Positions 9,748 through 19,825 of a DNA stretch of 52,818 nt are shown here, one piece after another. The number at the start of each line of letters is the position of its first letter. The stretch's first letter is position 1. This DNA is from Bacteroidota bacterium (GTDB taxonomy: Bacteria; Bacteroidota; Bacteroidia; Chitinophagales; UBA8649). Both the position numbers and the translations under genes were made by a program. The DNA is taken from NCBI GenBank assembly GCA_003447535.1, contig DLYY01000011.1:41386-94203 (forward strand). Direction: 5' to 3'. The notes beneath the pieces are model-generated. The model did not search any database. It saw nothing but the letters and a program-made list of their open reading frames with translations, and was not told the origin of the DNA.

Positions 9748-10449
9748 GTGGTTTTTTTGCGGGATAGTATTAGAAAGCGGTTGTTTGAAAAAAAAAGCTC
9801 TTTTGAAAACACCATACTTTCAATTAACGGGTTTGGTGCAAAAGATTCCAACCTCTTTACACTAGCTATTCACCAAACAACAAATGGAAAGGAAAATAAC
9901 GAACGTTTGGAGTTTTTGGGTGATGCATTACTCGATGCGATAATAGCCGATGTACTGTATAGAAAGTTTTCAGAAAAAGAAGAGGGACTTTTAACTCAAA
10001 TGAAGTCAGAGCTTGTTAAGGCTTCTTCATTAAACCGACTTGCAAAAAACATTGGAATAACCCCCCTTGTTGTGACAAACTTGAGCCAAGAGGAATTGGA
10101 GGAAAGCAAGGTGCCCGGTTCTGCTTTAGAGGCTTGGATTGGTGCAATCTATTTAGACGGTGGTTTTAAAAAAGCAAAACAATTTGTTCAACAGAAGATG
10201 TTAACTCCCCATATCGATTGGTCCTTAGTTGAATCGCAAAATACAGACTACAAAAGTCAATTGCTACAACACGCCCAACAGACAGGACAAAAGGTAATCG
10301 TTCATTTTGACTCTGCCGAGTATAAAAAAGGCTCCGGCTTTTTAGCAACAATACAATGGGGAGATTGGTCGGAAACCGGCCTTGGGCGGTCTAAGAAAAT
10401 CGCCGAACAGCGTGCCGCACAAAACCTGCTGAAATTAATTAAGAAATAA
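9748..10449 (+). CDS. rnc: Ribonuclease III
   Basis: RNase III signature ERLEFLGDALLD, EAWIGAIYLDGG and a C-terminal dsRBD (GRSKKIAEQRAAQNLL). GTG start. Confidence 0.9.
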   Translation: MVFLRDSIRKRLFEKKSSFENTILSINGFGAKDSNLFTLAIHQTTNGKENNERLEFLGDALLDAIIADVLYRKFSEKEEGLLTQMKSELVKASSLNRLAKNIGITPLVVTNLSQEELEESKVPGSALEAWIGAIYLDGGFKKAKQFVQQKMLTPHIDWSLVESQNTDYKSQLLQHAQQTGQKVIVHFDSAEYKKGSGFLATIQWGDWSETGLGRSKKIAEQRAAQNLLKLIKK

Positions 10450-10453
10450 TGCA

Positions 10454-11707
10454 CTACTCCTCTTGGAAGAGCTCTTCTTCTTTTACTTGAATAACATCAG
10501 AATTATTTTCTAATGTATTGGCAATAGCATCATATGGACCGCTTATTACCGAGGACCCCTCCTCAAGGCCAGCAACAATTTCAATGTGTTGTTCATCCTG
10601 AATTCCTGTAACAACCTTCTGAATGGTAGCCTTTCCGCTGACATATACAAAGACAACATCCTCGATAACACTCTCGTCATTTGGCCTAACGGTTACACAT
10701 TGAAGAGGAACACTTAACACGTTCTCTGCCCGATTGGTAAACACCGAGGCGTTGCCTCTCATTCCTGGCCTTAGTGGTATTTCTTGACTTGTTTCCAATT
10801 GTGCCAGCCGCTCAGGTAAAACCATGAGGACTACTTCAAATTGATTACTTAGATCAATTCCTTGTTTTGGGGATAAGGGTAGTTGCCAAACCTTGGCAAA
10901 AATGGTTTTTCCCGGATAGGCATCTAAGACAATCTTTGCCGAGTCATCGACGTGAATTCTTGGTATATCACTTTCGGATACTTCCGCCCGAAATAACAAC
11001 GTATCGAAATTGGTGATTGTGAGCAGACTACTACCCTGCATTTGGGCAGTACCGACAATGGTTTCCCCCTCGTGAACGTTAAGTTCGGTAATCACACCAC
11101 CAGCGGGTGCGTAGATTGAGGTTCGATTCAAGCCATTTTTTGCATCATTAATGCTGTTTTCTGCCGCCCGAACAAGATATCGAGCTTCATCTGAAGCATG
11201 TTTACTGGATTCATATTCTCCTTGAATTCTAATGTGGTTTGATTGAAAGGCATCAAACTCGGTTTGTGATATAAGCCCCTTTTCATAGGCGTTTACTTGC
11301 ATATTAAGTTGTTCTTCAGAAAGTCTCCATGCAGCATTAGCTTGGCTTTGATATGCCTGAGCTCTTGACAGTCCAGCCCTCCGCTGATTTAGATTGGTTT
11401 TGGCGAGATCAAGGTTGTTGGTATAAAGCTCTGCATCAATAGAAAGCAACAGGTCTCCGCTATCTACTTGTTCACCAAGAGCCACATGAATTGATGTAAT
11501 TCTTCCAGAGTTTTCAGCCGATACAACGCGGCTATCAAGTGCTTCGATGGTTCCACTTACGCTAACTTTTTCGGTAATGGATCGGTGGCTAGTTTTTTCA
11601 ACCAACACCTTGGATCCCTCGTCTCCCTCTCCGCATTGTGTTAAGACAAAACAAAGGCTAAGAACAGCCAGGGGTAATCGTATGGAGGGATTAATTAGAG
11701 TATTCAT
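10454..11707 (-). CDS. Efflux transporter periplasmic adaptor subunit (HlyD/MacA-like lipoprotein)
   Basis: Lipobox LTQC after a signal peptide when started at ATG 11707 (the track start at 11770 would overlap tolC by 80 nt). Has a long coiled-coil hairpin segment, barrel-sandwich and beta-barrel segments. The 17-nt overlap with the TolC stop suggests translational coupling. Confidence 0.8.
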   Translation of the reverse strand: MNTLINPSIRLPLAVLSLCFVLTQCGEGDEGSKVLVEKTSHRSITEKVSVSGTIEALDSRVVSAENSGRITSIHVALGEQVDSGDLLLSIDAELYTNNLDLAKTNLNQRRAGLSRAQAYQSQANAAWRLSEEQLNMQVNAYEKGLISQTEFDAFQSNHIRIQGEYESSKHASDEARYLVRAAENSINDAKNGLNRTSIYAPAGGVITELNVHEGETIVGTAQMQGSSLLTITNFDTLLFRAEVSESDIPRIHVDDSAKIVLDAYPGKTIFAKVWQLPLSPKQGIDLSNQFEVVLMVLPERLAQLETSQEIPLRPGMRGNASVFTNRAENVLSVPLQCVTVRPNDESVIEDVVFVYVSGKATIQKVVTGIQDEQHIEIVAGLEEGSSVISGPYDAIANTLENNSDVIQVKEEELFQEE

Positions 11708-13178
11708 AAAAAACACGAATAAGATGAAGCTTACTTGCCAAATCAAGCCGAGCTTGGTAAAATTGGACACGCGCTAGTTGTTGTCGGTTACGAACAAGAG
11801 ACAACTCATAAGGACTTATGAGTCCTTCCTCATACCTTGTCTGGGCTACTTGAGAGGCTTTGGCGTTTATATCGTACAGTCGTTTGGTTTGGTGATATGT
11901 CTCCAATGCACCACGAGCATCTTGTTTATATGATGCGAGCCGGTTCTCATCCTCTCTCAAGTCGTTGGCACTGGAGAGTGTAAGTTGTTCTTGTGCAAGC
12001 TGTTGCTGCTGAATGGCTTGAAAGCGTTGGTATCGTCCCCAAAGAGGAAAGCTAATGGTAAGGTTGGCCGATTGAGAAAAGTTTGTTTTTAGCTGGTTGA
12101 CAAAGGGTCTAGATGAGTAAATCGGTTGAGTAAACGGAATGGTGGAAACAACAGTCTCACCACTAGCTGTTACACCAATTATGGGAAAGTCGTCCTGTCC
12201 GCTAAACCCATCGATTTGTTGGCTAGCGCTAAAGAAGTTTGTATTGATTCTAGCACCAAGGCTGATAGTTGGCCAAAGTAGCCCCTTCACTGACTGATAT
12301 CGATAGTTTTCGGCGATAAGCCTTAGTTCTCCAAGCAAACGTGTTTTTTCTGCTCCCTGTTGGCTGAGATAAATAGAGGAGTCTCGGATAATTGAAAAAA
12401 TTCCCAATGTGTCAAGGGTAAAACGTACCTGGTTGTTTTGTTGTAAAAGCTGGGCCAAGCTTAGCTTAGATCGGTTTAATTGGGCATTTGCTCGAGTTTG
12501 TTGAAGCTCTTGTTCGGCAAGGTTCACTTCAAATTCTACACGCGATGCCGCAGGCTGGAGTCCTGCCTCAATAAGCAAGTCGTATTGATTAATATCCGCA
12601 AGGCTTTGATGTAGGGCAGTATCAACGAGGTTCAAGCTGATTTTACTTGCTAGTACAGCAAAGTATGATTGGGTGGTTACAATGGCAATTTCTCTTTTTA
12701 GCAGATCCTCTTCAAGCTCAAAAACCGATCGGTCGGTTAAGAGGCCTTTGTGTGCATTTTGTTTTTGAAAACCGTTAAACACATCCCAGGCAACATCGAT
12801 AGACCCTAGCGTTGCGTTGGTGTTTTGAGCTATAAAATTGAATGTTAACGGGTCAATTGAGTTGCTGAAATTTAAGTTCTCTGTAATAGAGGCACTTACG
12901 TTGGGGGTGTACATTCCAAGGTTGCTACTCTTAATATCTAATGCGTTTAGACTGAATTTAATCTGTTGAAGTTCTAATGAATTATCAATTTCTAGAGAAA
13001 AAAGCAGACAATCATCCAGGCTATATTCGACCTGTTCAGTGTTCTGTCCTAAGAGAAAAGAAGCACTTAAACACAGCAAAAATGCTGTAGTGTTCCCCCG
13101 CAGCAACATATAATTCCGCAGCATGGTACGAAGAAACAAAGTGCGACACGATAAGCGTAAGAAATAAACCATTAGCAA
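11691..13178 (-). CDS. TolC family outer-membrane efflux protein
   Basis: Two-repeat helical/beta architecture, with LSLDDCL near the N-terminus and coiled Q/L-rich repeats, located immediately upstream of the adaptor. The true start is probably internal (MLRNYMLLRG... at 13124 or MLLRG... at 13109), which gives a signal peptide. Confidence 0.8.
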   Translation of the reverse strand: MLMVYFLRLSCRTLFLRTMLRNYMLLRGNTTAFLLCLSASFLLGQNTEQVEYSLDDCLLFSLEIDNSLELQQIKFSLNALDIKSSNLGMYTPNVSASITENLNFSNSIDPLTFNFIAQNTNATLGSIDVAWDVFNGFQKQNAHKGLLTDRSVFELEEDLLKREIAIVTTQSYFAVLASKISLNLVDTALHQSLADINQYDLLIEAGLQPAASRVEFEVNLAEQELQQTRANAQLNRSKLSLAQLLQQNNQVRFTLDTLGIFSIIRDSSIYLSQQGAEKTRLLGELRLIAENYRYQSVKGLLWPTISLGARINTNFFSASQQIDGFSGQDDFPIIGVTASGETVVSTIPFTQPIYSSRPFVNQLKTNFSQSANLTISFPLWGRYQRFQAIQQQQLAQEQLTLSSANDLREDENRLASYKQDARGALETYHQTKRLYDINAKASQVAQTRYEEGLISPYELSLVRNRQQLARVQFYQARLDLASKLHLIRVFYEYSN

Positions 13179-13205
13179 AACAAATGTAGTTTATATAGGG
13201 TATAT

Positions 13206-13772
13206 GTGAAGCAATATTCAGGATATATACTTAATGAAATACATCAATACCGAGCTACTTTTGTTGTAAGTTCAAATAAACCCACTATGTATTCGAATGA
13301 TATTATGCTTTGGCGCGAAGTGTTAAAAAACGCCTATCGGGCCGCAGAAAGCGGGGAAGTTCCTGTTGGGGCCATCGTTATTGACAATGAAAAAAACAAG
13401 ATTGTTTCCAAAGGATGGAACCAGGTAAACCTTTTACAAGACCCAACGGCCCATGCAGAAATGCTTGCCATAACAGCCGCCACCAACGCAAATCAAACGC
13501 GCCACTTATCATCTTACATGGTAATGGTTTCTCTAGAGCCTTGTATAATGTGTGCAGGAGCAATTCATTGGGCACAAGTAAAGCGGGTACAGTATTTATT
13601 GCCAGACGATAAGTTTGGTGCAATAAGTCACCACACTATCAAGCATTCAAAGAAAGACCACTGGGAGTGTATTGTGGAGAGGCCATGGGTTGATCCTGAA
13701 ATTCAAGCGATTGCTTTGGAATACAAAACTTTTCTTAGAGATTACTTCGCTCAATTGCGCCATGAGGCTTAA
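13206..13772 (+). CDS. tadA: tRNA-specific adenosine deaminase TadA (CDA fold)
   Basis: Zinc motifs HAEMLAI and PCIMCAGA. The likely real start is ATG 13287 (MYSNDIMLWREVL), giving about 161 aa. Confidence 0.8.
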   Translation: MKQYSGYILNEIHQYRATFVVSSNKPTMYSNDIMLWREVLKNAYRAAESGEVPVGAIVIDNEKNKIVSKGWNQVNLLQDPTAHAEMLAITAATNANQTRHLSSYMVMVSLEPCIMCAGAIHWAQVKRVQYLLPDDKFGAISHHTIKHSKKDHWECIVERPWVDPEIQAIALEYKTFLRDYFAQLRHEA

Positions 13773-13790
13773 CTTAGAGAAAAAATAGAA

Positions 13791-14390
13791 ATGGCCTTTA
13801 CACTACCCCAGTTACCTTATAGCTATGATGCCCTAGAGCCTCACTTCGATGCTCGCACCATGGAAATACACCACAGCAAGCATCACGCTGGTTATACTGC
13901 AAAATTTAACGCAGCCCTAGAGTCAGCGTCATTAGATTCTTCTGACCTAACAGGATTAATGACATTGATGGATATGAATAATGCAGCCTTGAGAAACAAT
14001 GGAGGAGGGTATTATAATCACTGTCTTTTTTGGGAAAACCTATCGCCACAAGCCACAGAGATGAGCGCGGATTTGGCTTCTTGCATTGAGCGTTGTTTTG
14101 GAAGCGTAGATAATATGAAAGAGGCATTCAGTAAAGCTGCGGCAACACGTTTTGGTTCGGGTTGGGCGTGGCTGTGTAGAAAAGACGATGGAAGCTTAGA
14201 GGTTTGCTCCACAGCAAACCAGGACAACCCACTAATGCCAGGTATCGGCTGCGGTGGCAGGCCGATACTAGCCCTAGACGTGTGGGAACACGCCTATTAT
14301 TTACATTATCAAAATAGACGCCCTGACTATATCAACGCCTTTTGGAGTATAGTAAATTGGGATGTCGTGTCGAAGCGCTGGGCTGGATAA
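13791..14390 (+). CDS. Fe/Mn superoxide dismutase
   Basis: LPQLPYSYDALEPHFDARTMEIHHSKHH and DVWEHAYYL. Metal specificity cannot be determined by eye. Confidence 0.93.
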   Translation: MAFTLPQLPYSYDALEPHFDARTMEIHHSKHHAGYTAKFNAALESASLDSSDLTGLMTLMDMNNAALRNNGGGYYNHCLFWENLSPQATEMSADLASCIERCFGSVDNMKEAFSKAAATRFGSGWAWLCRKDDGSLEVCSTANQDNPLMPGIGCGGRPILALDVWEHAYYLHYQNRRPDYINAFWSIVNWDVVSKRWAG

Positions 14391-14424
14391 AACAGGTCTA
14401 ATCGTAAACAATCAACCCTTAACG

Positions 14425-14988
14425 TTATACCGCCATTATTTCAGACTCCTTGGTCTGATAAATTCCGTCTATTGTTTTATTGGCGGAATCTATGCTTGAT
14501 TGAACGGCACCCTCACCATCTTTTACCTCGTCTTCAGAAAGCGCGTCTTCACCCAATGCTTTAATGGCATCCATGGCATCTTTTCTTGCTGATCTGAGAT
14601 TTACTTTTGCTTGATCGCACATTGCTTTGGCTTGCTTTGAAAGGTCCGTGCGTCGCTCTTCGGTGAGAACAGGTAGGGACAGTCGAACAAATTCCCCATC
14701 ATTCATTGGGGTTAGGCCAAGATTTGCACCCAGAATCCCGCGCTCAATTTCACCAAGAACACTTTTGTCAAATGGCTGAATCGTGAGCGTTCTCGCATCC
14801 GTGGCGTTAACGTTGGCCACCTGATTAAGTGGCATCATGCTACCATAGGCTTCAACCATTACAGAGGACAACATGCTAGGGTTTGCTTTGCCTGCTCTAA
14901 TCTTGGATAGATTTTGTTTTAGAGAGCTGAAAATTTGTTCTTGATTCTCAGTAAGCATCGAGAGCACTTCTTGTGTTGAGCTATTCAT
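14425..14988 (-). CDS. frr: Ribosome recycling factor
   Basis: [32 protein letters not shown]... and LTEERR. The ATG at 14988 gives 187 aa and an 8-nt overlap (ATGAATAG) with the pyrH stop. Confidence 0.92.
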   Translation of the reverse strand: MNSSTQEVLSMLTENQEQIFSSLKQNLSKIRAGKANPSMLSSVMVEAYGSMMPLNQVANVNATDARTLTIQPFDKSVLGEIERGILGANLGLTPMNDGEFVRLSLPVLTEERRTDLSKQAKAMCDQAKVNLRSARKDAMDAIKALGEDALSEDEVKDGEGAVQSSIDSANKTIDGIYQTKESEIMAV

Positions 14989-15709
14989 AAAATTTAGTTT
15001 TTTCCCCGCTAACCAATGTACCAATTTTTTCTCCTTTTACTGCACGCAAGAGATTACCAATGGTGTTCATATTAAAGACTACAATAGGCATTGCGTTTTC
15101 TTGGCAAAGGGTGAACGCCGTCATATCCATGACGCCAAGGTTGTGTTGAATAACATCGTTGAAGGTAACTTCGCTGTAACGCTTGGCGTGCGGGTTTTTC
15201 ACGGGGTCCTCTTCATAAATTCCGTCTACCTTGGTTCCTTTAAGAACCACATCCGCTCCGATTTCTGAAGCGCGAAGCGCAGCACCTGAGTCGGTGGTAA
15301 AATAGGGGTTTCCGGTTCCTGAAGCAAAAATTACAAGGCGGCCCTTTTCAAGGTGCCTTTTAGCACGTTTAGGAATAAAGGGTTCTGCAATCTCTCGCAT
15401 TTGGATAGCAGAAATCAATCGGGTGTCAACACCAACTTGTTCTGCGGCATTCTGAAGCGCTACCCCATTCATAACAGTAGCCAACATACCCATATAGTCT
15501 CCTGAAACCCGGTCAACACCAGTATTGGCAGCCTGGAGACCACGAAAAATATTTCCACCTCCGACAACGACCGCCACCTCAACACCAAGGTCTACAACCT
15601 CTTTAAGATCAAGGGCGAATTGCCGTATTGTGTTAGGATCGATTCCAAAGGATTTGTCGCCCATTAGGGCTTCACCACTAAGTTTAAGAAGTATTCGCTT
15701 GTATGCCAT
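14981..15709 (-). CDS. pyrH: UMP kinase
   Basis: [23 protein letters not shown] and [17 protein letters not shown]. Confidence 0.93.
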   Translation of the reverse strand: MAYKRILLKLSGEALMGDKSFGIDPNTIRQFALDLKEVVDLGVEVAVVVGGGNIFRGLQAANTGVDRVSGDYMGMLATVMNGVALQNAAEQVGVDTRLISAIQMREIAEPFIPKRAKRHLEKGRLVIFASGTGNPYFTTDSGAALRASEIGADVVLKGTKVDGIYEEDPVKNPHAKRYSEVTFNDVIQHNLGVMDMTAFTLCQENAMPIVVFNMNTIGNLLRAVKGEKIGTLVSGEKTKFYE

Positions 15710-15724
15710 GTATTGTGAAAATAC

Positions 15725-16555
15725 TTATTCCCCCAATTCGCAGCGTAAAAAAGCAGTAATAGAAAGATCTTTATCTAGGTTTTGCACATATTGCGCCACA
15801 GTGAGTGATGGATCTTTAACAAAAATCTGGTGTGCCAAGGTATTTTCTTTGTAGAATTTCTTTAATGAGCCTTCGGCGATTTTTTCAATGATGTGTTCTG
15901 GCTTGTTATCCTGGAGTGCTTTGTCTCGTGCAATTTGAAGCTCCCGCTCGCGAACCTCTTCAGGAATATCAGCTTCATCTAACCCAATAGGTCTCATTGC
16001 TGCCACTTGCATTCCCACATCACGCCCAATTTCTGTTGCACCCTCGACGTCTTTACTGAGACCAAGAAGGACACCAATTCGATTGCCAGCGTGGATATAG
16101 GGAACTACTTTTGATGCTTCTAACACATGAAAGGCTTTGATAGAAATACTCTCTCCAATCATTCCAACACGTTCAGCAACATGGTCTACAACGGATTTGC
16201 CATCCAATAGTGAAGCCATTAATGCATCTTGACTGTCAACATTTTCGGCTAAAGCGTGGTCAGCAAGGCGTTTAGCAAAAGCGATGAAGTCATCATTTTT
16301 AGCCACAAAATCAGTTTCACTCGCAAGGTATACAATGACACCTCGGGATGCCTTGGTATTTACAGTTGCGATTACCGCCCCCTCTTTGGCATCTCTACCT
16401 GCTCGAAGCTCTGCTACTTTCTGACCCTTTTTTCTGAGGTATTCAATGGCGCCATCCATATCTCCTTCGGATGAAGTGAGCGCTTTTTTACAGTCCATGA
16501 TTCCCGCACCTGTCTTTTTGCGTAACTCATTTACTTCTTTGGCTGAAATTCCCAT
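15725..16555 (-). CDS. tsf: Translation elongation factor Ts
   Basis: N-terminal UBA-like ISAKEVNELRKKTGAGIMDCKKAL and ETDFVAKNDDF; 276 aa. Confidence 0.93.
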   Translation of the reverse strand: MGISAKEVNELRKKTGAGIMDCKKALTSSEGDMDGAIEYLRKKGQKVAELRAGRDAKEGAVIATVNTKASRGVIVYLASETDFVAKNDDFIAFAKRLADHALAENVDSQDALMASLLDGKSVVDHVAERVGMIGESISIKAFHVLEASKVVPYIHAGNRIGVLLGLSKDVEGATEIGRDVGMQVAAMRPIGLDEADIPEEVRERELQIARDKALQDNKPEHIIEKIAEGSLKKFYKENTLAHQIFVKDPSLTVAQYVQNLDKDLSITAFLRCELGE

Positions 16556-16585
16556 AGTCTTTATAAATACAATGTTTGCAATAAA

Positions 16586-17356
16586 TTATTCCGCTGTCTT
16601 CTTCTCCGAAGTCTTCTCTTCTGAAGACGCTTTTTCTTCAGCTTTTGCGCTCTCTTCTTTCATTTGTGCGCGGTCTTTTGAACCTTCAATCGCAGCATCA
16701 GCCAGATAGCGGGTGATGAGATGAATTGAGTTTGCTGCATCATCATTTGAAGGAATCGGAAAGTCGATTGAATTGGGATTTGAATTGGTATCAACCATCC
16801 CGAATGTTCGAATTCCTAACTTTTTAGCCTCCTTGATCGCAATATCTTCATAAGTGATATCCACAACATATACTGCGGCAGGAACTCGATTTAGGTTTTC
16901 AATACCCCCAAGCACCATGCTGAGTTTCTGCAACTGTCTGCCAAGCAATAACCTCTCTTTTTTTGTGAGCGAAGTAGTGTTCTTGTCATCAAGCAGCTTT
17001 CGAATACTTTCCATCTTTTTTACAGAGCGACGAATCGTAGCGAAGTTTGTTAGCATACCCCCTAACCATCGTTCGGTTACGTAGGGCATGTTGGCTCTTT
17101 GTGCCTCAGCCTTAACAACCTCTTTGGCTTGTTTTTTTGTGGCAACAAATAAAACTTTTCGACCCGACTTAACAATTTGTCGCACCGCGTGAGCAGCTTC
17201 TTCAAGGCTTTCAGAAGTTTTATTTAAATCGATAAGGTGAATACCTTTTCGTTCAGCAAAGATGTAGGGCAACATCTTCGGATTCCATTTACGTTTTAAG
17301 TGACCAAAGTGAACTCCAGCCTCTAACATGTCTTTATGTGATACTTTTTCCATCAT
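16586..17356 (-). CDS. rpsB: 30S ribosomal protein S2
   Basis: LEAGVHFGH, ILFVATKKQA and VDTNSNP, with a Lys/Glu/Ser-rich C-terminal tail. Confidence 0.95.
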   Translation of the reverse strand: MMEKVSHKDMLEAGVHFGHLKRKWNPKMLPYIFAERKGIHLIDLNKTSESLEEAAHAVRQIVKSGRKVLFVATKKQAKEVVKAEAQRANMPYVTERWLGGMLTNFATIRRSVKKMESIRKLLDDKNTTSLTKKERLLLGRQLQKLSMVLGGIENLNRVPAAVYVVDITYEDIAIKEAKKLGIRTFGMVDTNSNPNSIDFPIPSNDDAANSIHLITRYLADAAIEGSKDRAQMKEESAKAEEKASSEEKTSEKKTAE

Positions 17357-17376
17357 CTTGTAGAGATTCTATTGGT

Positions 17377-17763
17377 TTATCGTTTACTGTATTGTTCTTT
17401 CTTACGCGCTTTACGAAAGCCAGGCTTTTTGCGCTCGACCACACGGGAGTCCCGTTTTAGTAAACGTTCTGATTTTAATTCTGGACGCGCCTCCTCATCA
17501 AAGAGTAGGATGGCCCGAGAAAGACCAAGAGCAATAGCTTCAGCTTGTCCCTTAAAACCACCACCGCAAACATTGACCGTGTAGTCATATGACTTGGCAG
17601 TGCCGATCATGTTTACTGGTTTTGCTGCAACTTGCTGCATTACAGGCTGAGGAAAATATTCCTCGAGCTTTTTGCCGTTAATGGTGACTTTCCCTTTTCC
17701 AGAGGAAATGTGAACCCGTGCAATAGACGCCTTACGTCGGCCAACGCTTACATTTTTTTCCAT
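17377..17763 (-). CDS. rpsI: 30S ribosomal protein S9
   Basis: GRRKASIARV, GGGFKGQAEAI and a C-terminal RKKPGFRKARKKEQYSKR; 128 aa. Confidence 0.95.
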   Translation of the reverse strand: MEKNVSVGRRKASIARVHISSGKGKVTINGKKLEEYFPQPVMQQVAAKPVNMIGTAKSYDYTVNVCGGGFKGQAEAIALGLSRAILLFDEEARPELKSERLLKRDSRVVERKKPGFRKARKKEQYSKR

Positions 17764-17764
17764 G

Positions 17765-18217
17765 TTATTTCGCTTGGATTGTTAACTCTTTAGGATTTTG
17801 CGCACCATGCGGGTGCTCGCCTCCGGCGTATACATATAAGTTGCCAAATAGTGATCGACCAAGTCGGTTTTTTGGTAACATGCCGCGGACAGCTTTTTCT
17901 ATGATTGATTCGGGCTTTTTTTCAAGCATTTCGTTAGCGTTACGTGCTCTTAGGCCCCCTGGATAACCACTGTAGCGGAGGTATTTTTTTTGAGACCACT
18001 TTTTACCCGTAAGAGCCACTTTTTCAGCATTGATAACAATGACGTTATCTCCGTTGTCGAAGTGAGGGCTATAACTAGCTTTGTGCTTTCCACGCAGAAC
18101 AATAGCGATCTGTGTCGATAAGCGACCAAGTGTTTGATTTGAAGCATCGACAATGAACCAAGCCTTATCTTCGGCTTTGATATTATCGTGTTTGGTTTTG
18201 TAACTCAACGTATCCAT
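17765..18217 (-). CDS. rplM: 50S ribosomal protein L13
   Basis: WFIVDASNQTLGRLSTQIA..LRGKHK and GMLPKN.LGR; 150 aa. Lies 1 nt upstream of rpsI. Confidence 0.95.
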   Translation of the reverse strand: MDTLSYKTKHDNIKAEDKAWFIVDASNQTLGRLSTQIAIVLRGKHKASYSPHFDNGDNVIVINAEKVALTGKKWSQKKYLRYSGYPGGLRARNANEMLEKKPESIIEKAVRGMLPKNRLGRSLFGNLYVYAGGEHPHGAQNPKELTIQAK

Positions 18218-18426
18218 GTTTTCCTTTGAGCGCCAAAGATAACAGAATGTAACCTAGAATACCAAGGAAATAATCAATTATTCTTAATTATAGTACCATA
18301 AATCCATTGATAATCAATACAATAATCGCACAAACTTCCTTTTATAACCCCTGGGAACAACCCTATATTTCCCTTAAAACATCCTAGGAATATTCAATAT
18401 CTTTATTTAAATAAAACCCATCGACA

Positions 18427-19824
18427 ATGACGAAGTATGATGTAATAATAATTGGATCGGGCCCTGGTGGTTATGTTGCAGCAATACGTTGTGCGCAATT
18501 GGGCATGAAGGCGGCCATAGTAGAAAAGAACCCAACTCTTGGCGGAACATGTCTTAATGTAGGCTGTATACCATCCAAAGCGTTGCTAGACTCATCAGAG
18601 CACGTATCCAAAGCCAACAAGGAGTTTGCCGAGCACGGCATTGGTGTAGGAAAAGTTACTGTTGACTTTGGTCAAATGATAAAGAGAAAGAACGGGGTGG
18701 TTAAAGCCAATGTTGATGGTATCGACTTTCTGATGAAGAAAAACAACATTGATGTGCTGCGAGGGATGGGGTCCTTTGTCGACAAAAACACCATTAAGGT
18801 CACTCATAATAAAAAGTCAACGCAATATGAGGCGGAAAGTGTAATTATAGCTACGGGATCAGAACCAGCAAATCTTCCATTTATACGTCTTGATGGAAAG
18901 CAAATTATCACGTCTACCGAAGCGCTTTCCTTGCCGGCTATTCCCAAGTCCATGGCCATTATAGGTGGCGGAATAATAGGAGTTGAGATGGGCTCGGTTT
19001 ATAGCCGACTTGGTACTGATGTTACGGTATATGAGTATGCACCTTCTTTAGCATCTTCTATGGATGTAGATCTAAGTCGTGAATTAAAAAGAGTATTAAC
19101 CAAACAAGGCATAACCTTTCATTTAAACACCTCGGTAACAGGCGTTGAGAAAAAAGGAAAAAAGGTTGCCATTGCCGCGACTCAAAAAGGAAAGGAAATC
19201 CATCAAGAGGTAGACATCTGCCTAGTCGCCGTGGGCCGTAAACCGTATACTGCTAGCTTGGGTCTAGAGGTAATAGGTGTTTCTTGTGATGACAGGGGGC
19301 GAATAGAAGTAGATGAAAACCTTAGAACGTCTGCTGAGAATGTATTTGCTATTGGGGATGTTATAAAGGGAGCAATGCTGGCCCATAAAGCCGAAGAAGA
19401 AGGGGTTCTTGTGGCAGAATATATGGCGGGCCAGCGCCCACACATCCACTATGATAGAATTCCAAATGTGGCTTACACTTGGCCCGAGGCAGCGGGTGTG
19501 GGGAAAACCGAGCAGGAAATTAAAGAAGATAATATTCCCTACAAGGCGGGTAAATTCCCATATAAAGCTCTTGGAAGAGCAAGAGCCTCTATGGACCTTG
19601 ATGGCTTTATCAAAATTCTTTCTCACAAGGAAACCGATGAGATCTTGGGTGTACATATCATAGGAGCACGCGCTGCAGATATGATAATGGAAGGAGTATT
19701 GGCGTTGGAATATCGAGCTTCAGCAGAAGACATTGCCCGTATGAGTCACCCACACCCAACCTATTCGGAAGGGTTTAAAGAGGCTTGCCTGGCGGCAACA
19801 GAGAACAGGCCGCTTCACATGTAA
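18427..19824 (+). CDS. lpdA: Dihydrolipoyl dehydrogenase (E3)
   Basis: FAD motif IIGSGPGGY, redox disulfide GGTCLNVGCIPSK, NAD motif IIGGGIIGVE and C-terminal HPHPTYSE. Confidence 0.93.
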   Translation: MTKYDVIIIGSGPGGYVAAIRCAQLGMKAAIVEKNPTLGGTCLNVGCIPSKALLDSSEHVSKANKEFAEHGIGVGKVTVDFGQMIKRKNGVVKANVDGIDFLMKKNNIDVLRGMGSFVDKNTIKVTHNKKSTQYEAESVIIATGSEPANLPFIRLDGKQIITSTEALSLPAIPKSMAIIGGGIIGVEMGSVYSRLGTDVTVYEYAPSLASSMDVDLSRELKRVLTKQGITFHLNTSVTGVEKKGKKVAIAATQKGKEIHQEVDICLVAVGRKPYTASLGLEVIGVSCDDRGRIEVDENLRTSAENVFAIGDVIKGAMLAHKAEEEGVLVAEYMAGQRPHIHYDRIPNVAYTWPEAAGVGKTEQEIKEDNIPYKAGKFPYKALGRARASMDLDGFIKILSHKETDEILGVHIIGARAADMIMEGVLALEYRASAEDIARMSHPHPTYSEGFKEACLAATENRPLHM

Positions 19825-19825
19825 T

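Noticed and set aside
16586-16690. Lys/Glu/Ser-rich low-complexity C-terminal tail of ribosomal protein S2, considered as a possible fusion or repeat.
   Set aside because: Variable charged C-terminal extensions of S2 are common across bacteria. There is no underlying nucleotide tandem repeat.
19264-19656. 130-aa minus-strand ORF. Similar ORFs of 100-127 aa occur at 40461-40844, 9510-9851, 15525-15854, 36552-36863, 22526-22834, 39167-39475 and 46177-46491.
   Set aside because: Each is fully nested antisense or out of frame inside a strongly motif-supported gene (lpdA, E2, fabF, pyrH/tsf, lptD-like, PSP1, cinA, recJ). Their composition is skewed and low-complexity, typical of shadow ORFs.
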